A stretch of 61,340 nucleotides of DNA, counting the filler, from Bipalium vagum (lineage: Eukaryota): the NCBI GenBank assembly GCA_037834085.1. It is 3 parts of 3 records of this genome, joined end to end, with 100 filler letters (N's around TTAATTAATTAA, not from the genome) between each part and the next. Parts side by side here need not be neighbours in the genome. Positions count along the whole stretch, not along the records: positions 1 to 17,356 come from JBBMKC010069756.1; 2 more parts are not named here. One strand, written 5' to 3'. The position numbers and the translations under genes were made by a program. The first letter of the stretch is position 1; every line of letters begins with the position of its first letter. Under the pieces are notes generated by a model that was given only the letters and a program-made list of their open reading frames with translations, had not been told where the DNA came from and ran no database searches. Below are positions 1 through 13,227 of the stretch, in pieces.

Positions 1-97
1 ATTATTATTATTATTTTATTAATATTAATATTATTTTTATTGTTTTTTATTTTATTAGTATTATTATTGTTAATAAATAAAAATTAGAAAATTTTAC

Positions 98-892
98 TTT
101 GATAATTAATTTTCCAACTTTTGTGTTCTCATCCAACATTATTTCAAAAATGCTCTTCTTGAACTTCGGCTCGCAGTCATTAATGTTAATTACAATAATT
201 TTTATCTCCAGGTATGACTTTAAATCCGGTTGGGCTGGGTTCCAAGCAACCAGAGTCAATTCGAAAACGTTTTTGGTTTCATAGTCCATATCTTTTGTCA
301 ACACCAGTCGAGGGTTGCTATCATTTGTTACATGGAGAACAAAAGTGTCAGAGGGTTTACTCAAACTATATAAAACTCGACTGTTTATTTCTGAAACATC
401 TTTGTCAATTGCTTTGGGAAGTTCAATAATTTTTCCAATGCTATAGAGAACTTCCTTCACTTTTTTCTCAAAAACTTTAACGGGAAATATTGGAACATTG
501 TCATTTTGATCGAGAATGACGATTTTCACATTGATCACTCCTCGTAACTGATTATCCTTCCAGACGTTGACAACGAGATGGAGAAAGCCGATTCCTTCCT
601 CGTTGCACAATTTGGGACATAAAACTTCCAAATTGATTTTCAAGGCCGTTTTCAAGACACCAGTTTTTGGATTTAAGTGAAAGTATTCACTGTTGTCACG
701 AAGCATGAAAACGTAGGAGGGGTCAAAAGCTTTCGGCAGATTCATGTTAGGATTGTGCATCACATCCAAGGATATATAGCCCACTTGGATTCCGGACGGA
801 TGGTTTTCTTGAATTGTATAATTGAGGCTGGCCTCAAATCGCGATAGTACAGCCAAAACGAGATCGACAATAATCCAAATAATTACCCACAT
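98..892 (-). CDS. Protocadherin-like cadherin, first coding exon (signal peptide, EC1, EC2, start of EC3); gene continues beyond window start
   Basis: Hydrophobic N-terminal signal (MWVIIWIIVDLVLAVLS). Cadherin motifs QENHP, LDQNDNVP, AIDKD, DMDYE, NINDCEP. Protocadherin-type EC1 cysteines (LEVLCPKLC). Phase-0 donor AAA|GTAAAA at 98/97, after which the ORF runs into AT-rich intron. Confidence 0.85.
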
Positions 893-1989
893 TTATTTTA
901 TTTTTATTAAATGTCGATGGTAAATTATCAAATTAAATTCAGGAAATAAAGTCCAGAGAATATAGTTTTACTATGGGGAAATAAATGCATTGAATTCTCT
1001 AACAAAGCCCATATGTGGATATATAAATGAGAAAAATGAATAAAAGCGCGCTTTGGCAGCTCAGTTTGGAATTGACAGTTTCCTACTCAGACACCATATT
1101 GATGTTATTGGAGGAAAATTTATGTCAAATGTAACTATGAGACCTGCCAGAAATAACAATCGGATTGAACAGAAAAAGCAATAATGATAATAATAACAAT
1201 AATAATATTAATATTAATAAAAATAATTATAATTATTATAATATTAGATTGGAACCAAATGAAAATTAACGCTTGTTTTACTGGCCACTTTTCAGTTATG
1301 TGTGTGTGTTTCGAGAATGTGTGTTTGTTTGCGTGTGTATGTGGCTTTGTCGCATGTGTTTGGTTTATTGGTCCGTGTTTTTGTCAGTTGGGTGTGCGTG
1401 TATATTTGTTCAGCTGAGCAAAATCAATCACAATACCATGTCGGGAGGCTGCGGAAATCCAGATGGGTTATCTAACTGGACATTGCGGTCTGACAGACCG
1501 GCGAAATCTGTTAATAAAATCTCTAAAAACTGTCTGTGGAATCTTTCTGTAACCGCTGCTTGGGTTAAAACAATTGACGAAATAATAATCATTAACGAGT
1601 TTCATGTTTGTCAAAATGAGAAATTAGATTTATAGGGATTGGTAATGAATCAATTATTTAATGGATTACGAAATGGTTGGCGTCGTTAAAATGTTGACGG
1701 TTTATCATTTTGGGATAGTCAAAAAATACTTTTTCACAACGGTTTCAGAGAAGTTCGGCGTTGTCTTTTCTATTTTTCATTCTTTTAACTTTTTTGTTTC
1801 GACAATTTTTATTGTAATATTTTTATAGCATTTTTATCTAATTTGTTCGTTTAGTATTGATAATTATGCCTTGGGATATATATTTAATTCTTTTCTTTAG
1901 ACCCTTTCTTCTTTGGCGTGTACCAGTTGGTTCAGGTCTTTCTCGTTTCAAAGTTGAACATTATTAAACTGATGCCTTGTAATCGTTGA

Positions 1990-2400
1990 TAAGAAATTGG
2001 TAACACAGCTAGACATTTTGCCAGTCCCCAAGTCGGATTTTCACTTTTGAAAAAAAATCACTTGCCTTTGACAGTCAGAAAACTGTTTCCTTCCATGATG
2101 TGGTTCCAGACTTAAATGTCATATATTACTTCGTTTGAAGCTTTTTATTAACTGAGATTAAGAATTGTCGACGTGATATAAACTATATTGATCATTTGAA
2201 AACGAGATTGGGAAAAGCTTGGAACGATATCTCATAAGTTACCTTTCATAACGCTTATCTACTTTGGATTCCTAGGTTAAAACGCTGCTCTGAAGAGAAG
2301 ACATTTAGAGCATGTATAAGTTTAAAACTTTGTAAAAGTTATTCTTTGTAAAAAAAATAGCTTTTTGACAAATTTTCCGCTTTTCTAGTGACCACTGTAT
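1990..2400 (+). mobile_element. Tc1/mariner-superfamily remnant (transposase C-terminus plus right end)
   Basis: Translates as ...NYIDHLKTRLGKAWNDIS*...WIPRLKRC, typical of a Tc1/maT C-terminal helix. Ends in ...GACCACTG|TA, i.e. a CAGTG terminus with TA target. Confidence 0.55.
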
Positions 2401-2471
2401 ATATTTTTTTTTTTGAATTTTTTTACGCCTTTTATTAAATGAATACAAAACTTATTGAAATATATATGTTT

Positions 2472-2890
2472 ATGAAACATGTTTCGAACTTTTATTTTTC
2501 AGTTCTTCGTCAATGTTTTTGATATTTATTTTGATTCAGTAAACTGCGGTGATAGAAAAAGCAAAGTTAAAGAGAACGAATTCAGAATAATTATGGGAAA
2601 CTTTGATAATAATAATAAACGAAAGATCTGTGAGTTATTATTTATCAAAGAAAGGCAAACAAATATTAACATCCAAACAGGAGAGAGTAAGAACCAATGG
2701 ATCGTTAATGTTTTCTGTGATTAATTTTTTTTTATTTTGAAAAAAAAAACAATTTTATCCAATAATAATCAAGAAAAATAATTTTTAAATACAGTCATTT
2801 AAAATGTACATACAGCGATTTAAAATGTAAATATCAAAAACATTGACTGATGAAGAGCTGAAAAATAAAAGTTCGAAAAAGTCTCATTTT
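2472..2890 (+). mobile_element. 5'-truncated Penelope-like retroelement end with inverted pLTR fragment
   Basis: 2530-2724 encodes FRII..N.DNNNKRKICELLFIKERQTNINIQ...VF*, matching the C-terminus of the PLE GIY-YIG endonuclease. It is flanked by an inverted repeat (2472-2529 vs 2828-2887) that carries a hammerhead core. Confidence 0.7.
2842..2888 (+). ncRNA. Minimal type I hammerhead ribozyme motif (degenerate)
   Basis: Elements in order: TGA, CTGATGA (2847-2853), A, stem II GAGCT/AGTTC (2855-2859/2870-2874), GAAA (2875-2878), AA, GTC^TCA. The inverted copy supplies the palindromic stem III GAAACATGT typical of PLE hammerheads. Confidence 0.6.
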
Positions 2891-3827
2891 TTCATTAAAA
2901 TTTAATATTTTTGTTCAGAATTACCACTCATTTTAATGCACTTATGTTTGACAATAGTGTAATTTGCTTGTGTATTGTAATATATAACATTTTGTAGTCA
3001 CTAAGCAATTTTTCTTTTTCTTGGTGTGACTGCCAAGTTTATTCCGAACACTCTGCATTTATGAATTCATAAAATACATAATAATACTTAACAAATATTT
3101 TAAATTAAGCAAGTTGAAATCTTAATTATGGATTATAACGATTTTAAATTAAAATTTAAAAATAACATGATCCATAAAATCATAAATTTTAATGATTTTT
3201 TATTTATTATTTATTTTTAAATTAATTATTTTTAAACTAGGTCAAATTATAAAATCATAACTTTAGATAATATGGTATTAATTCATTTATTAATCAATTA
3301 TCTCCTATCATTACAAGTTTTAACCTTAAGGACCTTAACTTGTAATAAAAAGTGAGTCTTCACATTTACCTTATCACAAACCTGATGAATAGTTGGTGAT
3401 GCGGATATATTTACATTCTGATATGATGGGGCTGTATCCTAAAGACTGCCTACTCCTTGAACAAATTATTCCAAGGTGGCCATGAGCCTTGAAGGAGACT
3501 TCAGGGTCCATAGCCCAGTGACCAGTTTTAGAGTCTCTGGTTCTTTCGGCAACTTTGATATCGGGTCGTAACTATAATTGAAAATTTTATAATTGGCAGT
3601 TTCGTGACTTTGAACATTTGATAAATTTTGTGAAATTTATCTATAGCATCATTAATGAATGTAGATACAACAAATATGTATCTGGGACATGAATTTCGAT
3701 ACTTCTGTGATGTTGGTTGAACTTATAAGTTCCTAAAATTTAATAAGAAAATTTGGTTAAAAATATCGATTTTTTACTTCATGTAACTTAACAAAGCTTA
3801 CTCTAATCAGAATGGTTTATGGAATGT

Positions 3828-3972
3828 NNNNNNNNNNNNNNNNNNNNNNNNNNNNNNNNNNNNNNNNNNNNNNNNNNNNNNNNNNNNNNNNNNNNNNNNN
3901 NNNNNNNNNNNNNNNNNNNNNNNNNNNNNNNNNNNNNNNNNNNNNNNNNNNNNNNNNNNNNNNNNNNNNNNN
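3828..3972. other. Assembly gap (145 N)
   Basis: Run of N. Confidence 0.99.
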
Positions 3973-5159
3973 TAAATCGATCGTTAAAAAAATGGCAATT
4001 AGAATAAAAACAATTTAAGTAAGTTAAGACCATTTTAATACTTTTATTTTTTAATGAAATCAAATAATGATAAATTATTTACTAAAAACATCTAAGATTT
4101 ACAGATAATCCTTTCACAGTTATCTAGTAAGCTGTGGAAAGGCCCTGGGACAATTTATCATCTAAACCATTGTGTAAATAGTAAAAAAAGAGAGAAGAAA
4201 AGGAAAATTAAAAATAAATAATCTTATTATTTTTACCAGTGATTATTTATAATCGAATTTAAATGAAGAACATTGTACAATTATAATCAAATTGTCAAGA
4301 TGTAATATTAATAAATATAGACACTGTTAATGTAGGTTACTGTTTTCTATCTTTTGGAAGTCAATGTTTTTCTTCAATCTCTTGATAAATTTATGCCCTC
4401 TAGACTTAATCGACTCGTGTCCGTAAATTAAATGTTTTCACATCTTTGTTTTTGTTATCTTGTGCAATTTATAGTTCTTTTAGTCGATTGATTATACGAA
4501 GCTATGAATTCTTGAAATACCTTAGATTTGTAATTTGATATGTTGACGTCTTATCTTTGTCTGTTTGTTTGTTTTTCTTTCTTTTTTGTTTCGTTTTACA
4601 GTTAATTTATATTAAAAATTTTAAATTTTAATCATTTTTAGCAATGTTATTTTTTGTTTCGTTTTTCATAAAGCAATATTCTTTTATTTTAATATTTTTC
4701 TGAATTTTTTATCTTAATTTCTATTTTTAAACATTTCTATATTTTTATATATTTGTTTTTTACCTTAACACTCTTAATAATATCAGTAATGATAATAATA
4801 ATTATAATAATAATATTACCAATAATAGTAATATAATTTTTAAACTGGTTAGTTATTTTATAAAAAAAAACACTTTGTTATAGGTTTTAATTTTAAATAA
4901 ACTCAAAATTCATATAATCAAAGATCAAATTAACACGAGGAAATCAAAAATCATTTAGATAATCATTAAATCATGAAAAATCATCAGTTTATCGAAGTCT
5001 CCACAAACTAATAAATGATTATATGTATATAAACAAAAAACCAATTGAATGACACAATTCATTAAAACGAACATATATTTATTTCTAGTCATTTTCCATT
5101 ATTATATATATATAATTCAAAATTACATATTTTTAGAGCAATATAATTGACCGAAAAAT

Positions 5160-6213
5160 ATAAAATCGTGGTCCGAAATAGGTCGTAAATTAAGTGACAA
5201 GTATAGAAAGTCTTTGACAAAGCGTGAAATGCAATATCTGTGGAAGAACTATGTGGAAATTAGATCCGTACTAGATAAGATAAGAGTTGGCAGACCACCC
5301 GTTGTATCATCCCAAGCTTCACTGGATATAAAACGCATTTGCCAAAGCAATCGCGTATTATCTGTAGATAAAATAACACTAATGCTGTCAAATGTGTTTT
5401 TGCTAGTACTGTTCAAAAAGAATCTAAAAAAGGACGGTTTGAGAAGCTACTCAGCATTTTAAAAGCCATTTATAAAATTAAATCAGCGTATGTAAAGAGT
5501 TGTCTGACCAAAAATTATAGTAATTGGGATGCATGATAAATGAGAAGGTGTTGTATTTACAGACGAGTACATATTTCAATCATATTGGCCACCAAGTAAA
5601 TTATTTATTAAAATAAACTCACGTGAAAGGTGCAACTCTACATATTTCCAACCAGTTGTGCATAATGACACATATAAACATGTCTGGGGCTGCTTCAACA
5701 GTAATGGAGTTGAACTTTTAAAAGGAATCAATGATAATATGGATGCCGAAAAATATCAAAAAGAAATTCTTCATGACATTAACATAATTGTTAAATTCTT
5801 AGTCTTCCCAAAACCCGTATTCATCTTTCAATATGATTTCACTTCATCACATAGAGCCAAAATCACCCAGACATTTTTAAAAAATAAAAATATTGATGTC
5901 TTACCTTAGCCCAGTCGAAAATATCTGGGGTATCCTAAAAATGAAATTTTCAACAATGACCCACAACTCTGGCGAATGATTATGGAAAGCATTTCATGAT
6001 GCTTGGTACAAACGTCCTACAAATATAGGCAAGAAGATTGTATACTCAATGTCAAAGAGATTGCAATTAGTCATAAGATCAAAAGGATATCCTACTAAAT
6101 TTTAAAATTATAAAATACTTACTTATTTAATAAATTTCGAGTTTGAACTTATTCATCTTTATTAAAAGTTAAATTTCCTATATGAAGTGAACAGACTTTT
6201 TACGAAGACTGTA
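5160..6213 (+). mobile_element. Decayed Tc1-like transposon (DD..E transposase pseudogene plus right TIR)
   Basis: Motifs HTH/GRPP (RVGRPP), VVFTDE, VWGCFNSNGV, FIFQYD..SSH, VENIWGILK and SMSKRLQLVIRSKGYPTKF*, with multiple stops and frameshifts. Right end AGTGAACAGACTTTTTACGAAGACTG|TA. Confidence 0.9.
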
Positions 6214-9200
6214 ATTGGTTTGCTAACGTTTGAATATAATAAAATTTAATTATCACTGGTCTCATATGCTCACTCTTATCGTGATCTCGGTGCGTATGAT
6301 TAACACTAATTTCATTTGTTCTTGTGCCCTTCGGTACTGCTCATATTATTAATGATAACCAAAACTATCTTGTGGTGAACCTATAGATTAGATTATTATA
6401 TTTTTTGAGTCAGAAAAATTAGGCGTTTGATTAATATTCAAAGTGTTAACGTAGTAGTCTTCCTCGTGTAGTAAAAAAATTACTAATCATAACCTTTTAT
6501 TAACTCTTATTTTATATTAATAGTTTTAATATTATTTATGCAGTAACTTTACTCATTTAAATTAGTGCCAGTTATGATTTAACAGAGGTAAACGTTTATT
6601 TAGTTTTACAATTTTTAATCATAATTAAATAAGGTATATGTCGATTAATCCCTAACTCAATATTTATTAAAAGAAATAATGTTTTTAACATAAACCTTTA
6701 TTATTTACCTTTTTTGAAAATTTATAATTTCATTATATTGTAATGGTAAATTAAAATAGCTTAATATATGTAAATTTATAACTATTGAATTTAAAATTTA
6801 TCATAGTTCTTAATTTCAATTGGCTTATAATTTATATAATATAAGACATTTTTGAATACATTTATTAATTGATAAAACAACTAATATTTAAACAAATTTT
6901 CTCAGACCCTGAAATTTATTTTAATTTTAAAAATAAGTTTACTTATAAAATTTAGAAGGTTTAACATTTCCGACTTTTTAAAGATCGAATTGTCTCTAAT
7001 TATAATTTTAATGAAACTCTGAAAATTATTTTTCAGTACAACCTATAAAAAGTGATCGATTAATGAAAGACTAGCAGGAATTAGAGAATAATTTATAGTG
7101 TAAACTGGATAACTGTTAATACATAATAACAATATAACTTAAGCCTGTTAATAATTAATTACTATCTGTGTGATGTAATTAACAATATTTTTTTGCAATA
7201 TTAGATAAAATAGCCATCTTGTCAGTAGAGTTAGTACCGAATTAATCTTAATATATAAAATTTTTAAAAATTTATTATTTATTTTTAGAGTTCTATTTGA
7301 TTAGTTTGAACAAACAGCAGAATGGTGTTATTTTATGTAAAACTAATCCTTACATTTTATACATAAACATACTTTTAAGAATAATATTTAAAATAACTAA
7401 GATAATTACAATAATTAAAAAATTCTGTTATGATTATCTTGCTTCTAATACTGATATGTTAAAAGCTATGTTTAAATTATAGCTCAAACCATTATTAGAT
7501 TTTCCAAAATGTTGAGTTGAATCAAGTAAAGTTGGATTATGAGAAATAATATGATGAATGAAAAATGAAGAATGAATGGTCCTGAATGAAGAAAAACAAA
7601 GTTTTTCAATCCCTACTTAGCGTGTGAAACAATGAACAAAAACAAAATATTACGAATTAAGAAAAAAAATATTTGATATGGTTCGAGTATTAATTTAGAT
7701 ATTTTTTTATAGATATGGAAAACCTTGTCTTGAATTCAAAGCAAGTTTGTTCAATTTTTTTAATTTATTAAGCAAAACAGCCGACTTTGTTTTTTTGATT
7801 AAGAAAATTTGCTTGAACTGATGATATCAATACAATATATCTTTATTGTGTGATTGACAAATTATTATTTAACTGAAAAATAAAATTACTTTTGGGCATA
7901 AAATATTAGGTTTCGTCTTTTAATTTATAGCTGGCCTCTTGTTTAAAATCTACTTCTTTTATAGTAATCTCCTGACATGGTTAGTGCAAGTTTACTGAAA
8001 TTCAGAAGTTTTGAAGTTAATAATATTGGTAAGTTTCTGAAAAGATGATACAAATGATTATTATTTTTAGATGGGTTAAGGAGATCGAAATTGAACTTTT
8101 ATGTCTATCAAGTTTACTGGGTTAAGAATATTGATAATGGACTTTCTAGGAACTTAACATAAAAAATATGTAAATTCAGAAGAATTTAGTGCACGTGTAT
8201 TCGAAGTTAAAATTTGAGTGACAATAAAAATGTTGATTACAAACGTTGAACCTTTTAAACTTTTTAACAAATATTAATTGCAAAACTGAGTTAACAAATT
8301 GTTTTATAAAATGTATTTGATATAAATCTGACAACTTTATTTTTTTAGTACAATTTTAATTTGGAGTTAAAATCCGAGATAAAGAGAAAAGTCAGATCAC
8401 CCTTCAGTATCCTACTCTCAAGAGTCCTCAGTTAAAAATTCGGTTCTCCGTCCTACTAAACGTAGAGAACAAAAAAAGAAAATACTTGGAAGTAAAAAAA
8501 AATACTTAATCATAAGGTATTGGAATACCTGTCCAATCCTTAGTATTTATTTTATTTAATTATTAAACCTTTAACTTCTAATTTGATTCAAATTACAGTT
8601 AATTGGTTTGTTTTATTTGAGTATCGTTTCACTTATTTCTAGTGTGAAACTAAGGTTTATTATGTTATTAATTTAAATGAAAGTTTACTTAAATTTGTAA
8701 TTAAATTTACTGAACTTATACAAATAATAATACTTAGTATAATTGATGAAACTGTGGAGCGGCATACTTGTTAGCTGTTCAAGTAATCTTTCAAAATACT
8801 TGCGACCTGGTTTTCACGGAAAGTCGTCTGCTTTTTTTCTTCATAAAAATGGCTCATTTGTTTTTGATTAATTTTGTGTTTTTGGTTGATTGAGGAACTG
8901 CAAATTATACATTTTGAATTATAATGACACTAGCTTTATGCTTGGAGTCTCCACAATATTTTTGCTGATAATTTGTTGAGTGACTATTTAATTTTTTAAT
9001 TCTCATTTATTTTTTATTTCCATACATTTTTAAAAAAAATTATTTTTAACATTATTTACTTATTTATCTATTTTTAGTAATTCTGTTTTATATCTAAATT
9101 ATTGTTCTATTTTTTTACTTTTATAACTTGCGATTTTATTTAATATTTTCAATTTATTTTACAATAATTATACTATTTCATAGTACATATTGTTGAGATC

Positions 9201-12043
9201 CACAGTAAAACTGGTAAAAAACCAATCTGATCAAAAACAAAATTCGAAGAAACAGATTCCAGAGATCGCTGACGAACCTCAGGAGCCGATAGAGAGTTAC
9301 ATTTTACATTTTATATTGATATGTATAAAAGAAAAGCCTACTATTTTTATTTTTATATCTCAGAATAAATGATGTAATTTTATATTTTATATTGTAAAAA
9401 TAATATTTAAATAATTAATAAAATTATAAATAATAATTATTTTAAAAATAAATTAAAAGTGGAGTTAGATATTAATATAAATATTAATCCACATGATTCA
9501 GCATTATTACTATTATAGAAATTAAATAACTTACTATAAATAAACGTTGTGGAAGTAGGGTTACTAAATATAGTAAGTTCTATAGACTAAAAATTTACCT
9601 AATATATAGTAACCACCTAAGCAAATTCTATTATTAGTAAGAAAAACTTTTTTAAAATAGAAACCGTCCACACATAAAATTATATTTAGTAAGTTAGAAT
9701 AGAGCCAATGAGAAGCTCTAGAATGTGGAAAATCGGAGTATATGTGTTCCTGATTTTCACATTTAAAACGCCCTTAATCAATTTGAGAATGTACATACTG
9801 CTATTCAAATTAAAGATATTTTTAAGACACGGGTAATATTAATAAGTAAGGAATTTGTATTAATTCCAAAAGTCCTTTAACCGATCGAGTTAAACTTAAA
9901 TTATTAATTAACATTTATTTAGTGATAGAAGGAAATTCTTCTCATCACTAACTTTTTAATATTTTTTATTCTTTTTTATTGTTCTCTCGCTAATTCGATT
10001 CTGCATCACTATAGGCGAAAGAATACGCATTTCTTGTTATCAGGACTTCTTCGATTATCGTGAAGTCAAGATATTTTATTAATTAAACATTTGTAATTTT
10101 GAATATTGTTGGTTTGATTTAATAGATTTCTAACTTTGCATTTGTGATAACTAATATACCTTATTTTGTTAATCGCTTTCTTTATTCGTGAGTTGTCTAT
10201 TAACAGTTCAGCTTGCGACCTAGACCGATACAATATAATATTTCATAATAAATATAATACATATATATAATATAATGTATAACTACTTTGCAATACTATA
10301 ATATTCATAATAAATAACTTAAGTTTTTTATATTTACATTTAATAATTTATATTTAATTTATAAATATCAAAAACAATTTAGCACAATAACCACTAATAA
10401 AATCAATTTTCAAAGATTGTTATTTATTTGAAAGCACGGAGGACGTGTTGATCATGGACAGTCTCCACAATTAAAGGTATTGATTTTAATATATAGCATT
10501 TTCAATTAAAAATTCACCATTTTCAAATAATAATTCACCATTTTCAAATAAACAAATAAATATAATATATATACGGTCAATTTTTTTTCAAAACACTCAC
10601 TTAGCTTACCTAAACTAGACTAAGGTTACTGGTGCTTAATTAAGGATCTCGTTATCTCACTCTAACAAAAATCTCATATTTTCATAAAATAAAATTGAAA
10701 CCCCTTTTATTTACAACAAACAAATTTCAAACAGGCAGTCACTCTCAAAGTGCACACTTGACAGTCATTTAAACCAAAAAAATCGCACTGACAGTCTCAC
10801 CACCTAAACTCTTAATTAACTGTTGAAACATACTTGGTGTTTCGCTGGCTTTTACTATTTAACAGTATATTTTAGTGCCTCTGATTGGCCAGTTAAGTTG
10901 TCAACCATGACGTACCTTCTAAAATTAATTATTAATAAAAATAAATTTAAATTAGAAAAATTTTCTAAAAATTACAATTAAAAATTTTTAGGGTGACATG
11001 CTACCGATTAAAAATCCGTAATAATTCCTAATTTAACATTTTAAATTTACGTAATTAATTTTAAGTTAGTCAACATATTATTTTAATTTTCGCCAAAAAT
11101 TATATTAAAAGAAAATTACGATAAGAGTTGAACCATAACACATTTGCTTCTTCAGATCTCGCAATTTTGATAGTCATAACTGTCATTTAAAAATTTTCTT
11201 TTGTTGTATATCCATTTTTTCTTGATTATCTTTCAAATCGTTATACAATACCAGAATTTAAGTAGTAAATTAATTGTTAATGGAACCCGACCAATCAATT
11301 ATAAGTTTGAGAATTAGAGCTAGGAATTTTGGTAATTAGTCGCTTAATACTACTTTATTTTACTATTTGATTGAAAATCAAATTTTACCTATATATTACC
11401 TATATATGAATTACATAAATTAACTCAGTTGTTTCTTTACTTACCAAGAAAATTATTTATAGATGATCTTAATATTTTGGTTTACTTTTTCGGAAATTCG
11501 ATAATTTATTAAAGTCATTGGTCGATCGACTTCGTGACATTACATTTTTTCCGATAAAACTATTCAAAAAATGTTATATTCAAAACTGAAAATAGATCTA
11601 TATTGAATATTATGAAAGATGAATATGTAACGATTTATAAATCGTGATATTGACATAATGAAATACAAATGTGTTAAAATATTGCGAGAAAATTCAATAA
11701 TTATTTCAATTAAAAATTTGAAGAATTACCCATTTAAGGCTTCTCAAAGCCTAACTAAATAAATTGATTTTTTATTTATCAGGTTTAAATAATTATTTTA
11801 TTGATTAATTTTATAAATTAACCAAATATATAATTAAAAATGTTCATGATAAACTTTCGAATCGAACCAAAATTCATTTTTCAAAACCAAAATCAATCAA
11901 AAACTCGAAATTTATTGAAAATCGAAAAACTGTTTTTATTGAGCTAGTACAAATGATAACTTTAAAAATCAATAAGCATTCTCTATCTTAATGTTCAACT
12001 CATATTCTAGATTATGAAAAGACGTAAAAATAAATAGTGCTTT

Positions 12044-13227
12044 TCAAACCTTGGTAACATTTTTACTTGAGGGGCTCGAATCCATTCCAATGATATCACA
12101 TGACTTGTTCCACAGATCGGGACAGATGTCCAAATAGTCGTTCACCCGTTGGGGCCATGGGATTGACTTAAAGCCGGCGTATAGCTCGTCACTACTCTGA
12201 CTGAGATCGTCGCTAATAGCGACGTGAACGATTGGGTGACAGGCATCGGCTGGGTCCTTTAGGAGTAGCCAGAGAAGGAAATGCAAGCCGGGCTGCAGAA
12301 GCACACTATAGCTGGACACAATATGCCTGCTTAAACGAGTGTTAACCATCCCGCCCGTGAACATAGTAATCACGTTTATCAACCGGTTGCCATCACCAAT
12401 GACAGGGTTACATTGTCTGTGCAGCTCTCTGGCAAACAGGCACAGCGCCAATTTCGAATTGGCGTACGCTTGCATCGGACTGTACGGGCGACTGCTGAGA
12501 TCGAGACCGTTCAAATCGAGCTCACCTTTCTTACAGAGAGAAGAAGAAATGAAAATAATTCTAGCCCTATCTTCTGTTTCCGATAATTGTTTTAACAATA
12601 AACGCGTCAAATAAAATGTGCCCAAGTAATTTGTGGCCATTGTTTCTTCAGTCTGTGTTGCTTGGGCCATTCGAAAGTGACCCATCATAACACCAGCATT
12701 GTTAATGAGACAATCAATCTTTTCATTCGATATTCTATCACAAAATTTCCGTATGGAATCGAGATCCAAAAGATCGAGATAGATCAGTTTAGCGATCGGT
12801 TTTGATCGATTGATTTCATCAACAATCTTTTTACCCTGAATTAAATTCCTAAGAAACAGACATTAAGAATTTATATAATTATAATAGTGTTTTGTTGTTT
12901 GTTGTTAAGGTTTTCTTACTTTTATCGAAATTTAAATTTAAAATGATTCCACCTGATTACCTGCATCCTAGAATAAGTTGACAATTTCGTTTTGCCAATT
13001 CATAAGCGCAATGCATTCCTAAACCAGAAGTGGCACCAGTGATAACAATTGTTTTTCTTTTACTACTCATACATTTACACTTCTTAGATTTAAATTTCTG
13101 AAGCCAACGAAACATAAATAAACCTAAACCAGTACTGAAGAGTCCAATAGTAAAATAATGGAAAATGACTAGAAATATATATATTAAAAAAATTCAATAT
13201 AATATCCAGAATATTATAATTACTCAT
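12044..13227 (-). CDS. Retinol dehydrogenase (RDH11/12/13/14-like) short-chain dehydrogenase/reductase; exons 13224-13227, 12961-13168, 12044-12848
   Basis: N-terminal membrane anchor, TGATSGLG (TGxxxGxG), LILGCR, LINNAG, TNYLG, catalytic YANSK. GT-AG junctions are phase-compatible (1, 2). Stop TGA at 12044. The 4-nt first exon is less certain. Confidence 0.9.

Noticed and set aside
1184-1635. Cys/Val-rich ORFs upstream of protocadherin
   Set aside because: Translation of AAT and GT-rich low-complexity sequence; more likely promoter or UTR.
3803-4063. ORFs spanning the first gap
   Set aside because: Open only because of the N run.
12339-12614. Antisense ORFs overlapping real exons (also 25914-26162, 55284-55526, 37981-38163)
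   Set aside because: Shadow frames of genuine coding exons, with no independent motifs.
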